From contig CAXVYR010000004.1 of NCBI GenBank assembly GCA_963666975.2, positions 2,176,001-2,240,000 of the forward strand: a stretch of 64,000 nucleotides of DNA. The letters run 5' to 3'. Each line of letters begins with the position of its first letter. The first letter of the stretch is position 1. Shown here in pieces: positions 8,047-18,843 of the stretch. The DNA is from Terriglobia bacterium (lineage in GTDB: Bacteria > Acidobacteriota > Terriglobia > 2-12-FULL-54-10). The translations under genes were made by a program, and so were the position numbers. The notes under the pieces are model-generated. The model was not told where the DNA came from and made no database searches. It was given only the letters and a program-made list of their open reading frames with translations.

Positions 8047-11000
8047 TTACTTTTCCACCGTTGTTTTATGCAGGTCCTGCAGCGCCATTACCTGGATTGG
8101 ACGTGACTTCCGGGCGGCGATTCCTTCCACGGCGGCCAGTCCGCCGGCTATGGTGGTAATGCAGGGAACCCCGTGCTGCACGGCCGCGCGGCGGATTGTT
8201 TTCTCGTCAAAAAAAGACTTGGCCCCGATCGGAGTATTGATCAGAAGATGTAGCTCTCCTCCCTTGATCAGATCCACGACGTTGGGCCTGCCCTCCATCA
8301 CTTTGTAAACCGATCGCACGGGGATGCCGGCATCCCCCAGCACCCGCGCGGTTCCCCGCGTGGCCACGATTTCAAACCCGATCTCCACCAGCTTCTTGGC
8401 AATGACCACCGCTTTCGGTTTCTCCTTGTCTTGGACGCTGACGAAGGCACGGCCCTGCAGCGGGAGGCGTAGGCCGGCGCTCAACTGGGATTTGGCAAAG
8501 GCCTCCCCGAACTGCTCGCCGATACCCATGACTTCTCCGGTGGATTTCATCTCCGGTCCCAGGATAGGATCCACTCCGGAAAATTTGGCAAAGGGAAAGA
8601 CCGGCGACTTCACGCAGAATTGCTCCACCGGCAGATGTCCCAGCAACGCACCAGCCGCCGGGCCGGTTTTGCGGATGGCCGCAGGCCCCTCTTCCACTGT
8701 AAGGTTGAACTCCCGCAGCTTGCGGCCTGTCATCAGACGGGCGGCCAATTTTGCCAGGGGAACGCCGGTTGCCTTGCTGACATACGGCACCGTGCGCGAA
8801 GCCCGGGGATTCACTTCCAGCACATAAACCTTTCCTTCCCGGATGGCGTACTGAACATTCATCAGGCCCACAACCTCCAGCGCCAAGGCAAGCCGCACCG
8901 TGTAATCCCCCAGCGTCTGCAACTGATCCGGTTCCAGAGAATAAGAAGGCAGCACGCAACAGCTATCGCCGGAATGGATGCCCGCCTCCTCAATGTGTTC
9001 CATGATGCCGCCGATCAGGACCTGTTCTCCGTCGCACAGCGCGTCCACGTCCACCTCGGTGGCATCCTCCAAAAAGCGGTCGATCAGGATGGGCCTGCCG
9101 GGGTGGGAATAATCCACGGCTTCGCGCATGTATTCATCGAGCGTGGATTCATCGTAGGCAATCACCATGGCGCGCCCCCCCAGCACATAGGAAGGGCGCA
9201 CCAGAACCGGGTAACCGATGCGGGCGGCGATCTCCCGAGCTTCCGGCAAGGTGGTGGCGCTTCCGTTCTCGGGCTGAGGGATACCGAGCGAATTCAGCAA
9301 CTGGCCGAAACGCCGGCGGTCTTCGGCCAGATCAATCGAATCGGGGCTGGTTCCGATAATGGGCACCCCGGCCTTCTTCAAAGGCAGGGCCAGGTTGAGC
9401 GGAGTCTGCCCGCCGAACTGCACGATGACCCCATCCGGCTTTTCCTCCGCCACCACTGCCATCGTATCCTCGAACGTCAGCGGCTCAAAATAAAGCCGGT
9501 CGGAAGTGTCGTAGTCGGTGGAAACCGTCTCCGGGTTGCAGTTCACCATGATGGTTTCGTAACCATCCTCTTGCAGAGCAAAGGAGGCGTGGCAACAACA
9601 ATAATCAAACTCAATGCCCTGGCCGATGCGGTTCGGCCCGCTGCCGAGAATCAGGATTTTTTTTCTGGCAGACGGATCGGCTTCTCCCTCCTGCTCGTAA
9701 CAGGAATAGAGGTAAGGCGTATGGGACTCGAATTCCGCGGCGCAGGTATCGACGCGCTTGAAGACAGGCGTCACGCCCCGCTCATTCCGGAGCCTGTAAA
9801 TCTCCTCCACCGAACAATTCCACATCGCCGCCAAGCGCAGGTCAGAAATTCCCGCCCTCTTCGCCCGCAGCAACTCCTGGCTGGAAACCGACTCCGGCGT
9901 GAGTTGCTCCATTCCCTGGCGAATTTCTTCTATCTCCTTCAACTGCTGCAGGAACCAGGGATCAATGGCCGTCATGGCCGATACCTGTTTCACACTCCAC
10001 CCGTGCCGCAGCACGTGGCGGAGATACGTCAGCCGGTCCGGATTGGGAGTGACCAGTTTCTGGGTCAGCAGCTTTTCCTCTACCGTGACGGCTGTGAGCG
10101 CCTTGCCGGTCTCCAACGAGCGAATCCCTTTCATCAACGCTTCTTTGAAGGTGCGCCCTATGGCCATCACCTCCCCCACCGACTTCATCTGCGTTCCCAG
10201 CGTTTGGTCAGCGCCGGGAAACTTTTCAAACTGCCATTTGGGAATTTTGACGACCACGTAATCGAGCGTTGGCTCAAAGCAGGCAGGGGTTTTGCGCGTG
10301 ATGTCGTTGGGAATCTCATCCAGAGTATAACCCACGGCGAGCTTGCTGGCGATTTTAGCGATGGGAAAGCCGGTGGCTTTCGAGGCCAGGGCGGAGCTGC
10401 GCGAGACGCGCGGATTCATTTCAATCACCACCATCCGTCCGGTCTCCGGCTGCACGGCGAACTGGATGTTGGAGCCGCCCGTCTCCACGCCCACTTCCCG
10501 AATCACGGCGAGGGCGGCATTGCGCAGCACCTGGTATTCCTTGTCGGTGAGGGTCTGCGCCGGAGCCACCGTGATGGAGTCCCCCGTATGGACGCCCATG
10601 GGATCAAAATTTTCAATGGAACAGATGACAATGACGTTGTCGGCCAGATCGCGCATGACCTCCAGCTCAAATTCCTTCCACCCCAGGACGCTCTCTTCCA
10701 CCAACGCTTCGTGAACCGGGCTCAAGGCCAGCCCTCGCGTCAGAATCTCCTGAAATTCCTCCCTGTTATAAACCAGGCCTCCTCCGCTCCCTCCCAGCGT
10801 GAAGGAGGGACGCACGATGACGGGGTAGCCGATTCGTCCGGCAAACTCCAGTCCGTCTTCCAGATTTCTCACCACGCTGCTGCGGGGCGTGTCCAAACCA
10901 ATCCGCTGCATGGCGTCTTTGAACATGAGCCGGTCTTCGGCCATTTTGATGGCGCGCAGGCCCGCGCCGATCAGTTCCACATTGTATTTTTCCAGGATGC

Positions 11001-11316
11001 CTTTCTCCGCCAACTGGACGGAAAGGTTCAGAGCCGTCTGCCCGCCCACCGTCGAGAGCAGCGCATCCGGACGCTCCCGCTCTATGATGGCCTCCACGTA
11101 CTCCGGTTCCAAGGGCTCCACATAGGTCCGGTCAGCCAATTCCGGGTCCGTCATGATGGTGGCTGGGTTGGAATTGACCAGAACAACCGTGTAGCCCTCG
11201 CTGCGCAGGGCCTTGCAGGCTTGGGTGCCGGAATAGTCAAACTCGCAACCCTGCCCGATGATGATCGGCCCGGAGCCGATAATCATGATCTTGTGAATGT
11301 CATTGCGTCGGGGCAT
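8047..11316 (-). CDS. carB: Carbamoyl-phosphate synthase large subunit
   Basis: [28 protein letters not shown], a duplicated ATP-grasp and an MGS domain. Confidence 0.98.
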   Translation of the reverse strand: MPRRNDIHKIMIIGSGPIIIGQGCEFDYSGTQACKALRSEGYTVVLVNSNPATIMTDPELADRTYVEPLEPEYVEAIIERERPDALLSTVGGQTALNLSVQLAEKGILEKYNVELIGAGLRAIKMAEDRLMFKDAMQRIGLDTPRSSVVRNLEDGLEFAGRIGYPVIVRPSFTLGGSGGGLVYNREEFQEILTRGLALSPVHEALVEESVLGWKEFELEVMRDLADNVIVICSIENFDPMGVHTGDSITVAPAQTLTDKEYQVLRNAALAVIREVGVETGGSNIQFAVQPETGRMVVIEMNPRVSRSSALASKATGFPIAKIASKLAVGYTLDEIPNDITRKTPACFEPTLDYVVVKIPKWQFEKFPGADQTLGTQMKSVGEVMAIGRTFKEALMKGIRSLETGKALTAVTVEEKLLTQKLVTPNPDRLTYLRHVLRHGWSVKQVSAMTAIDPWFLQQLKEIEEIRQGMEQLTPESVSSQELLRAKRAGISDLRLAAMWNCSVEEIYRLRNERGVTPVFKRVDTCAAEFESHTPYLYSCYEQEGEADPSARKKILILGSGPNRIGQGIEFDYCCCHASFALQEDGYETIMVNCNPETVSTDYDTSDRLYFEPLTFEDTMAVVAEEKPDGVIVQFGGQTPLNLALPLKKAGVPIIGTSPDSIDLAEDRRRFGQLLNSLGIPQPENGSATTLPEAREIAARIGYPVLVRPSYVLGGRAMVIAYDESTLDEYMREAVDYSHPGRPILIDRFLEDATEVDVDALCDGEQVLIGGIMEHIEEAGIHSGDSCCVLPSYSLEPDQLQTLGDYTVRLALALEVVGLMNVQYAIREGKVYVLEVNPRASRTVPYVSKATGVPLAKLAARLMTGRKLREFNLTVEEGPAAIRKTGPAAGALLGHLPVEQFCVKSPVFPFAKFSGVDPILGPEMKSTGEVMGIGEQFGEAFAKSQLSAGLRLPLQGRAFVSVQDKEKPKAVVIAKKLVEIGFEIVATRGTARVLGDAGIPVRSVYKVMEGRPNVVDLIKGGELHLLINTPIGAKSFFDEKTIRRAAVQHGVPCITTIAGGLAAVEGIAARKSRPIQVMALQDLHKTTVEK

Positions 11317-11354
11317 GGTGCTCGTGCTCGGTTCTATTTAACTCGCAACTATCA

Positions 11355-11371
11355 GCACGGCTAAGCCGTAC
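11355..11371. repeat. Degenerate REP palindrome
   Basis: GCACGGCTAAGCCGTAC, similar to the GGCACGG..CCGTGCC REPs of the 36941 element. Confidence 0.4.
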
Positions 11372-11402
11372 ACGGAAGCATTAATCCTCTTGCTAAAAGG
11401 AA

Positions 11403-11627
11403 TCAACGCATGCTTTCAAATTCTTCGACGGTGATGCCTATATTCTTGATGATATTTCGCAACGTGCCTTTGGCTACGTCCTTTCCATGATGAGAGGGAA
11501 CCGTAGTTCACCTGCCATCCGCATGGCGATACGCCGCATGGCTCCCGCTTTGGCGAATCAGATGGAATCCCAACTGGTTCAAAATCCGTTGCACCTCACG
11601 CGGTCTTGCCGGGCGCAGTTTCGACAT
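11403..11627 (-). pseudogene. hicA: HicA toxin with in-frame TGA at codon 40
   Basis: MSKLRPARPREVQRILNQLGFHLIRQSGSHAAYRHADGR*TTVPSHHGKDVAKGTLRNIIKNIGITVEEFESMR. The stop is at 11508-11510. Absent from the ORF track. Confidence 0.85.
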
Positions 11628-11841
11628 TTACCTCAACCCGGTCGATGCCAACTTCCACAGGAATCGTTTCCCCCAAGCTTAGTTTTGCTTCGAGATATAC
11701 CTGGAGTGCATCTTTCAGATTTTCGATTGCCTCTTCGTAAGTATCTCCCTGCGAATGGCAACCTGGGAGCGCAGGGCACGAAGAGATGAAGACTCCATCC
11801 TCATCCTGCTCCACAACTGCCGTGAACGCATATCTTGCCAT
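11596..11841 (-). CDS. hicB: HicB family antitoxin
   Basis: VEQDEDG.F..SCPALPGCHSQGDTYEEA, preceded by a GAGGTGA RBS. Confidence 0.9.
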   Translation of the reverse strand: MARYAFTAVVEQDEDGVFISSCPALPGCHSQGDTYEEAIENLKDALQVYLEAKLSLGETIPVEVGIDRVEVNVETAPGKTA

Positions 11842-11896
11842 TCTCACCTCCGGACCAAGACAACCAACGAGACACGTTTGCGATCCAACCTGGTCA

Positions 11897-13036
11897 CTAA
11901 CTACCGCTCCGCCACTCCTCCATCATCTTCACGAACTGGTCGAACAAATAATGCGAGTCATGCGGACCGGGAGAGGCTTCGGGATGATACTGCACCGAAA
12001 AGACCGGCATCGAGCGGTGCCGAAATCCCTCCAGCGTTTGGTCATTCAAGTTCCAGTGCGTCAGCTCCACGTCACTGGCCGGCAGCGAATCCGGATCGAC
12101 GGCAAAGCCGTGGTTGTGCGCGGTGATCTCCACCTTGCGGGTGGCCATATTCATCACCGGATGATTGCCGCCGCGGTGGCCGAATTTCAGCTTGTAAGTC
12201 CGCCCGCCGCAGGCCAGTCCCAGCACTTGATGCCCCAGGCAGATTCCGAAAATCGGTATCTTGCCGAACAGCCGCCGGACATTTTCCGCCTCCGCCTGCA
12301 AGGGGGCGGGATCGCCCGGGCCGTTGGAAAGGAACACACCGTCCGGTTTCAGGCTCAGGACATCTTCAGCCGAAGTCAATGCCGGAACCACAGTGACTTT
12401 GCATCCCTTGGAAACCAGATGGCGCAAGATGTTTTGTTTAATCCCGTAATCGTACGCCACAACGTGCCAGCGCGGCTCTTTCTTCTCCGCCTCCGCAGGG
12501 GCCTGTCCCGGCAGAAGCGAGACGACGGGGCTGTCCCAGATATACCGCTGTTTGGTAGAGACGCCGGCTGCCAGGTCCAGCCCCGCCATCGGCGGAATGG
12601 ACCTGGCTTTGGCGATCAGGTTCTCCGGCGTGGTCTCCAGACTGGAAACCACGCCGCGCATCGTTCCGCAACTGCGCAGGTGGCGGACGACCGCGCGGGT
12701 ATCCACTCCCCTGATGGCCGGGATGCGGTACCTCTCCAAAAACTGCTCGCCATGCTCCCTGTTGCGCCAGTTGCTGGCCAGCGAGCTAAATTCCCGAACC
12801 ACCAACCCCTCGATATAAGGCCGGGTGGCCTCGTTGTCTTCCGGGTTGGTTCCGTAGTTGCCGATCTCCGGGTTGGTGAGAAGGACGATCTGGCCTGCGT
12901 AGGACGGGTCGGTAAAAATCTCTTGGTACCCTGTGAGGGAAGTATTGAAGACCACTTCGCCGTAGCATTCCCCTTTGGCGCCACAGCCTTCTCCCACGAA
13001 AACCTTGCCGTCTTCTAAGGCTAACAGAGCTCGCAC
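11897..13036 (-). CDS. carA: Carbamoyl-phosphate synthase small subunit
   Basis: [27 protein letters not shown] and [12 protein letters not shown]. Confidence 0.98.
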   Translation of the reverse strand: MRALLALEDGKVFVGEGCGAKGECYGEVVFNTSLTGYQEIFTDPSYAGQIVLLTNPEIGNYGTNPEDNEATRPYIEGLVVREFSSLASNWRNREHGEQFLERYRIPAIRGVDTRAVVRHLRSCGTMRGVVSSLETTPENLIAKARSIPPMAGLDLAAGVSTKQRYIWDSPVVSLLPGQAPAEAEKKEPRWHVVAYDYGIKQNILRHLVSKGCKVTVVPALTSAEDVLSLKPDGVFLSNGPGDPAPLQAEAENVRRLFGKIPIFGICLGHQVLGLACGGRTYKLKFGHRGGNHPVMNMATRKVEITAHNHGFAVDPDSLPASDVELTHWNLNDQTLEGFRHRSMPVFSVQYHPEASPGPHDSHYLFDQFVKMMEEWRSGS

Positions 13037-13110
13037 GCGTTCTCCTTAATGTTCTCCACCCGCAGGGATTAGAATTACTCTGTCACAGAAAGGAATGCGG
13101 CGCCAAGAAA

Positions 13111-13704
13111 TCACCGCAGGATTCCAAGCCGGCCAATCGGCCAATAGACAAACACCGCTTTGCCATAAACAAGACTTTCCGATACGGTTCCCCAGGCCCG
13201 GCTGTCGTTTGAGGAGTTGCGACGGTCTCCCATCACAAAGAATTCGCCGGGCGGGACCCGAATCGGCCCGTAGCTTTGCAGGCCCCGGTATTCCGGCAGA
13301 ATGTAGGGCTCGTCCAAGGCTTGCCCGTCGATGAAGACTTCGCCTTGCGTCAGTTTCACAACCTCCCCTGGAAGTCCGATGACTCTTTTGATATAGGACT
13401 TGGCAGTATCCACGGGAAGCCGGAACACAACCACGTCCCCTCGGTGGATGGGCTCCAACCGATAAATAAACTTATTGATAAAGACACGTTCCTGATCCGT
13501 CAACCGGGGCATCATGCTGATGCCTTCCACCTTCACCGGCTGGTACAGGAACACAATCACGATCCCCGCAATGGCCAGCGAGAAAACCAAGTCGCGAATC
13601 CAAACTCGCAACTCCGGTACGAGGCTTTTTTTTGAATGGGAGTCCGTTTGTTGGGAGGGAGGATCCACCGCGGGGCTGAGCTTTGTCCGTTCCGATTGCT
13701 CCAT
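13111..13704 (-). CDS. lepB: Signal peptidase I
   Basis: VEGISMMP (Ser), YIKRVIG (Lys) and GD.R.SS.DSR. The start is uncertain. Confidence 0.93.
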   Translation of the reverse strand: MEQSERTKLSPAVDPPSQQTDSHSKKSLVPELRVWIRDLVFSLAIAGIVIVFLYQPVKVEGISMMPRLTDQERVFINKFIYRLEPIHRGDVVVFRLPVDTAKSYIKRVIGLPGEVVKLTQGEVFIDGQALDEPYILPEYRGLQSYGPIRVPPGEFFVMGDRRNSSNDSRAWGTVSESLVYGKAVFVYWPIGRLGILR

Positions 13705-13942
13705 GTCGATGCATATATTTTTACCACAGTTTTGCGAGTCGGGCAACCCAGGAAGAATCTACAGAAGGTCCTTGCGTTTGCCGGCCACATTGCACAGAAT
13801 TTAAGATGGCCATTGGATTGAATGATTGGTAGATGAATGATTGGCAGATATAGATGCCGGCTGGGCGGCTCCAATGCGTCAAAACAGTTTGACCGTCACG
13901 ACGGCGGTCCGGGAATCGCACAGCGCTCTTCGGAGGGAAAGT

Positions 13943-14998
13943 ATGGTAGCGGGCTACAGCTACTTTTTGTTTTTTTTTGCGATCTTCCTCACGCTGACCA
14001 TACTGCTGGTTTGGCCTGTTTTTCCCTATATTGTGCTGGCCGTCCTGCTCACCTACCTGCTGCATCCTCTGAATGAGCGTCTCCGCCGGACCATCAAATC
14101 CAACGATCTGCGGGCTACTTTGCTGACACTGTTTGCCTTGGTAGCCATTGCCCTGCCTATTGTTTATGCCGCCCAGAAGGTCACCCGAGAGATCGGCTCC
14201 GCGATTCAATTGCGAGGGGGATCGCAAAAACTGTTAGAAAACGCCACGGTCTGGCTGGCCGAACATGAGGCCGAAATGGTGGCCGATTGGATACTGGAAG
14301 CCATACAGCAAGCACGGCAATTTGTCGTCGGTTCCATTCCCAGCCTGTTTGGCTCTGTTCTGAACATTGTTCTGGGAATTTTCGTTTGTCTTTTTGTTTT
14401 CTACTATTTTAGCCGCGAAGGAAGCATGATCTGGGAAAAATTCCTGAACATCCTCCCTCTGCCCGCAAAACTGAAGTCAGACGTCAGCACGGAGATCACC
14501 GGAATTCTGCGGGCGATCTTCTACGGGCAGCTCTTGACGGCACTCGTGCAGGGCAGCATAGGCGGCATCGGCCTCTGGATTTTTCAGGTTCCGCAGCCTT
14601 TTTTCTGGACTGTGGTGATGATCCTGGTGGCGTTCTTCCCAGTCATAGGCACCCCCTTTATCTGGGGTCCGGCCGTAGTGCTCAAGTTCGTGTCTGGCGA
14701 TCCCACATGGCAGTGGCTGGGGTTATTGATCTATGGGGGGGGAGTGGTGATGAACATCGACAATTTCCTTCGCCCCCGGTTGATTGCTCAACACTCCCGT
14801 ATCCATCCGGTTGTGATCCTGATCGGCATTATTGGCGGCACCAAGGTTTTTGGCTTCGTTGGATTTTTGGTCGGCCCCATCATTTTCGGGATATTCCTCC
14901 AACTGCTGCGGTTCTTTGCCGAGTATCGCCAAGCGGAAGCTCAGGCCTCCGCAGAGGATCGTCCTGCGGAAGCGCAGCCGGTTTCTCCGGCTGTTTGA
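13943..14998 (+). CDS. AI-2E family transporter
   Basis: Multi-TM with DNFLRP.L..HP...GG...FG..G...GP signature. GGAGGG precedes 13943. Confidence 0.9.
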   Translation: MVAGYSYFLFFFAIFLTLTILLVWPVFPYIVLAVLLTYLLHPLNERLRRTIKSNDLRATLLTLFALVAIALPIVYAAQKVTREIGSAIQLRGGSQKLLENATVWLAEHEAEMVADWILEAIQQARQFVVGSIPSLFGSVLNIVLGIFVCLFVFYYFSREGSMIWEKFLNILPLPAKLKSDVSTEITGILRAIFYGQLLTALVQGSIGGIGLWIFQVPQPFFWTVVMILVAFFPVIGTPFIWGPAVVLKFVSGDPTWQWLGLLIYGGGVVMNIDNFLRPRLIAQHSRIHPVVILIGIIGGTKVFGFVGFLVGPIIFGIFLQLLRFFAEYRQAEAQASAEDRPAEAQPVSPAV

Positions 14999-15183
14999 CC
15001 TTTTGCGCCAGCGAATTCGGCGGCGGGAATTTGAGTCTGCACAGCGAAAAACCGCGTGTGGGGGGATATCGCCAATATATAAGCGGGGATGGAAGCGGGG
15101 AAAGAACGAATGCTGGCCCCTTGTAACGCAGGATTGCCCAACTATAAGATGGAAGCTGGAATTCCACCCGGGCGGAGGTTTGA

Positions 15184-15888
15184 ATGGCACAAGAGGAACC
15201 GAAAAGGCAGTTTGTGAACTTCGTATTCTATAAAGTGGACCCTGCGTGGCGCAGGCTGCCGGGCAAGGAGCGCGAGCAGGGAAAGGCGCAATTCTGCAAG
15301 GTTGCCACCCAATGGGCGCAACCCGGACGGATGCACACACTTTCCTACACCACGGTCGGGATGCGCGGCGATACCGATCTCATGCTCTGGCGCATCTGTT
15401 ACCAACTGGAAGACTTGCAGCAGATGACCACTGATCTGCTGGCGACGGACCTGGGCAAATATCTCTCCACGCCCTATTCCTATTTGGCCATGACCAAGCG
15501 TTCCACCTACTTGATCGGACACGAGCACGAAGGTCAGGCGGACTCGCGGGGGCAGCTCCGTCCCGGCCAGTACAAATACTTGTTCGTCTACCCATTCGTC
15601 AAAACGCGTGAATGGTACCTGCTGAAACCGGCGACCCGGCAGGGGATCATGAACGAGCACATCACCGTGGGACACAAGTATCCTTCCATCAAGCTCAACA
15701 CCACCTACTCGTTCGGCCTGGATGACCAGGATTTCGTGGTCGCTTTTGAAGGCGACCAGCCGGAGCATTTTGTGGACCTGGTGATGGAATTGCGGGATAC
15801 CGAGGGGAGCCGCTACACGATCCGCGATACTCCCATTTTTACGTGCATCCTGAAGGACGTCAAAACCATGCTGGACACTATCGGGTAA
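15184..15888 (+). CDS. Chlorite dismutase superfamily protein, coproheme decarboxylase (ChdC/HemQ)-like
   Basis: YPFVK motif, WY.L, proximal EH and SFGLDDQDFVVAFE. Confidence 0.8.
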   Translation: MAQEEPKRQFVNFVFYKVDPAWRRLPGKEREQGKAQFCKVATQWAQPGRMHTLSYTTVGMRGDTDLMLWRICYQLEDLQQMTTDLLATDLGKYLSTPYSYLAMTKRSTYLIGHEHEGQADSRGQLRPGQYKYLFVYPFVKTREWYLLKPATRQGIMNEHITVGHKYPSIKLNTTYSFGLDDQDFVVAFEGDQPEHFVDLVMELRDTEGSRYTIRDTPIFTCILKDVKTMLDTIG

Positions 15889-15934
15889 AGGATGGCAGAG
15901 GACGGGCGCAGAGGATAGACACAGAGGACAAGAG

Positions 15935-16639
15935 ATGAAGCATGCAGGAGCGGCGGCCACCCGAAACAAAGCCAAAAGGCGGAAGGCAGTCGGCCAAGAC
16001 CGGAACGCGGGAAACCGGGTTCGGAAAATTGTAGCGCGGCTGGAGAAGGCCTACCCCGAAGCCAAGTGCGCCCTGCAGCACGCCAACGCCTTCCAGCTTC
16101 TGGTTGCCACCATCCTCTCGGCGCAGTGCACCGACGTGCGCGTCAACAAGGTGACTCCGGGCCTGTTTCAAAAGTATCCCACCCCGAAAGACTTTGCCGC
16201 CTTGCGTCAGGAAGTGCTGGAGGCGGAAATTCGATCCACGGGGTTTTACCGAAACAAGGCCAAATCGATCATCGGTGCGGCGCAGAGAATCGTAAATGAG
16301 CACCGGGGACGAACGCCCGATACGATGGAAGACTTGCTCACTCTGCCCGGCGTCGCCCGGAAAACGGCCAACTGCGTTTTAGGCACCGCCTTCGGCAAGG
16401 CAACCGGCGTGGTGGTCGATACTCACGTGCAGCGCATCTCCGGGAGGCTGGGCCTGACCAGCGAAAAGACTCCGGAAAAGATCGAGCAGGACTTGATGCG
16501 GCAGATTCCCCAGAGCAAATGGATCGGCTTCGCCCACACGGTGATCTTTCACGGACGCCAGCGCTGCATCGCCCGTCGCCCGCAGTGTTCCTCATGCTCC
16601 CTGGAAGACCTCTGTAATTCAGAAGACAAAACGGTATAA
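15935..16639 (+). CDS. nth: Endonuclease III
   Basis: ILSAQCTD, HhH LPGVARKTA, VDTHV and the C-X6-C-X2-C-X5-C FeS motif. Confidence 0.95.
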   Translation: MKHAGAAATRNKAKRRKAVGQDRNAGNRVRKIVARLEKAYPEAKCALQHANAFQLLVATILSAQCTDVRVNKVTPGLFQKYPTPKDFAALRQEVLEAEIRSTGFYRNKAKSIIGAAQRIVNEHRGRTPDTMEDLLTLPGVARKTANCVLGTAFGKATGVVVDTHVQRISGRLGLTSEKTPEKIEQDLMRQIPQSKWIGFAHTVIFHGRQRCIARRPQCSSCSLEDLCNSEDKTV

Positions 16640-16756
16640 AGCATTTTCGGAGTTGGTGTAGACTCGATCCGAGCCGCGACCGTGAGGGAGCGGGCCCAAA
16701 ACCTGGCTTAATCGATCAGCGTTTGGTGTCCGCTTGCTTGCGCGCGCGGCTCAGAT
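16637..16756 (+). repeat. MITE-like end plus inverted REP pair (REPIN-like)
   Basis: TAAAGCATTTTCGGAGTTGGTGTAG resembles the TIR of the 36941 element. ATCCGAGCCGCGACCGTGAGGGAGCGG (16667-16693) is inverted with 16730-16756. Confidence 0.65.
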
Positions 16757-16769
16757 TAAAGACCTTAAG

Positions 16770-17013
16770 CGCAAGGCGCCGACATGCCGCCGCACAGCGC
16801 ACCTGGAAAAAGTCTGGACACCCTGCCGGGCTTACTGAAAAGAATTATCTCGAACAGATACAACCCCGCCTTGCCGGGGTTACACTCTCGGTCTTGGCAT
16901 CAACACTCGAGGTCTCTGAGCCTTACGCCGTGGGTATTCGTGCCGGGAGGCGTGTTCCTCATCCACGGCATTGGCAGGCGCTGGCGGGGCTTGTTGGAAT
17001 GGAGCCAAAATGA
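16770..17013 (+). pseudogene. C-terminal HTH fragment resembling the tail of solo/casposase-type Cas1
   Basis: RRHAAAQRTW...YLEQIQPRLAG...VSEPYA.GIRAGRRVPHPRHWQAL. There is no credible start. Family call is from recall only. Confidence 0.45.
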
Positions 17014-17052
17014 GATGAAGTGGCATCGAAGATTGCCGTAGAAGTATTTTGA

Positions 17053-17130
17053 GTGGCATATGTGGAGCACAAACCCGTCAGCGCTGGACTCGTGGAAAGC
17101 TCAGAAGACTGGCCGTGGTCTAGTGCACAC
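17053..17130 (+). pseudogene. C-terminal remnant of a REP-associated tyrosine transposase (RAYT/Y1)
   Basis: YVEHKPVSAGLVESSEDWPWSSA matches Y..xNPVxAGL...W.WSS. Followed by the REP-like palindrome GGACAGGCATTCTTGCCTGTAC. Confidence 0.7.
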
Positions 17131-17192
17131 AAACCGGACAGGCATTCTTGCCTGTACCTACTTTCGGTAGCGGCAGGAATGCCTGGTCCCAC

Positions 17193-17222
17193 AAAAAAAA
17201 GGCGGCCCACAATGGGCCGCCT
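17193..17222 (-). terminator. Rho-independent terminator of the S-layer-like gene
   Basis: AGGCGGCCCA-TTG-TGGGCCGCCT followed by a T run on the minus strand. Confidence 0.85.
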
Positions 17223-17252
17223 GGAACGAATCACAAACAAACAGAGTTGCGG

Positions 17253-18843
17253 TTAATGCCCGGCGCTTTCCGTGATCGCAGGAACAATGGCCGCAAGCCG
17301 CGGGTCGTTGATTATCAGAGGCAGGTAACCCTGAGCGAACGCTCCACCTGTCCCTGGTTGCGGGCTGTTGATAAACGCGAACCCGTGGCACAACTGGAAT
17401 TCGGCGACTGCGATCGCATAACCCAGAAAGGGCTCGCCGAGCAGTGTCGAGACCACTCCACTCGCTGTTTCGCCTGGTCCTAAAGCGGTGGCTAGTGTTA
17501 CAGGTGATGCCGCAGGAATAGTTCCATCTGTCTTCCAGAAGGACAACGTGACATCTCCGGTCTGGCCTTTGGTGCCAATTACCGCCGGGTCGGCCGTGGT
17601 ATTGGAAACGGTCAGGCCTGCGTCAAAGGCCCCGTCGCCCGTGTTGGGCAGCCAGGAGTAGAGCAGGTAACAGGCGCAAAGCTGCACCTCGATGGCGTCA
17701 TCATCCTTTTGGCTGTTGGACGCAAATACCGGCACCTCCCCGAGGGTAGTCGAACCCCTGAGGGATACCTTCAGGGTGCCGGTCGAATTTGCTTGGAGAA
17801 GTTTAGTCTTGTCCGGCACCACCGCAATAAACTGTATCTGCAGCGTTTCTTTGTTCGCAGTGTCGGTAACCGCGAATGTGATATCCACGTCAACATCCTG
17901 GTTGCCCGCTACCGAATCAAAGTCAGTGGTCAAACTAACTGTCGGCGTGCCAGGAGCGCCGGTCATAGTCCCGGAGATAGTCCAACTGAAGATAGGATTT
18001 GCTCGAAGTTTCACACCTACAGGGATATCCTTGAAAGGCGAATCGGATCTTAAAAGCCTCGGGGGCGACGTTGTTGTTTAACGCGGCCTCGTCCGCCGCG
18101 CTGAGAAATGCCTTGAAAGGCGAATCGGATCTTAAAAGCCTCGGGGGCGACGTTGTTGTTTAACGCGGCCTAACGCGGCCTCGTCCGCCGCGCTGAGAAA
18201 TGCCGGGAAAATTTTCCTCAATCATCACCTTCACATCCTCGGAATCGCCGTCCGAAACATTGCAAAGCAGGAAATTATTGGTAGTAATGCCGGGGTTAAT
18301 TGTCGTTGCCGTGGACAGCCCCGACTGCACTTGGCCAACCGTTAGCGTGCCGACTGAAATCAACGTAACAGCATTGGTAGACTGGAACGCTGCCGGAACC
18401 GACGCCCCCACGGCTACATTGACGCTGGCTCCCGACCCTAGAGCACTTGCGTTGACCCGGGCAGCGGTAACGGTGATCGAGTTGCCATTGGCGCAAGCGA
18501 GAAAATCGGCCGCGACTGTGCCCGTGACTTTCAGGGTCAGTACGCTCCCGACCACGCTCGTGGCAAGGGTTGCGGCGCCCGCCAGCCTACATGTAGTGCT
18601 GACTGTTGCCCCGGCAGCTCCCAAGACGGTTGTCCCATAATCCAAGGTAATGATCGAATCAAACACGATGTTCCCCGTATTGTTGGAGGCGAACGCTACT
18701 GTCCCGACGGCTTCCGTGGTTCCTTCAGACCGCAGGGGTCGCGCGCCGCTGGCGCTGACGAAGAACTGTACCTGCGCAGAAGCGGCGCTCGCTCCAACCG
18801 CAACCAGAGCAAGTGCAAAGAAAATATTCTTAAGTTGTTTCAT
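17253..18843 (-). pseudogene. Secreted Thr/Ala/Val/Gly-rich putative S-layer-type protein, split by tandem duplications
   Basis: Signal peptide MKQLK...ASA-Q and C-terminal LLY.W..N....FD.G..VSNT..DP / GFAFI / GYL.LII. The two ORFs (18160-18843, 17253-18014) meet at the duplications. Confidence 0.7.
18029..18204. repeat. 82-bp tandem duplication containing a 10-bp duplication
   Basis: Copies start at 18029 and 18111. TAACGCGGCC is doubled at 18161-18180. Confidence 0.95.

Noticed and set aside
8620-11364. Long antisense ORFs (also 11786-13018, 26101-27879, 1405-2682, 35414-36544)
   Set aside because: They are shadows of well-identified genes, as expected in GC-rich DNA, and show no motifs.
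15184-15888. Evidence for (per)chlorate respiration
   Set aside because: The motif is ChdC-like, the context is housekeeping and no pcr or clr genes are present.
18029-18204. Direct repeats as a CRISPR array (also 41563-41696 and 37410-37469)
   Set aside because: The copies are contiguous with no unique spacers, and there are no intact cas genes in the window.
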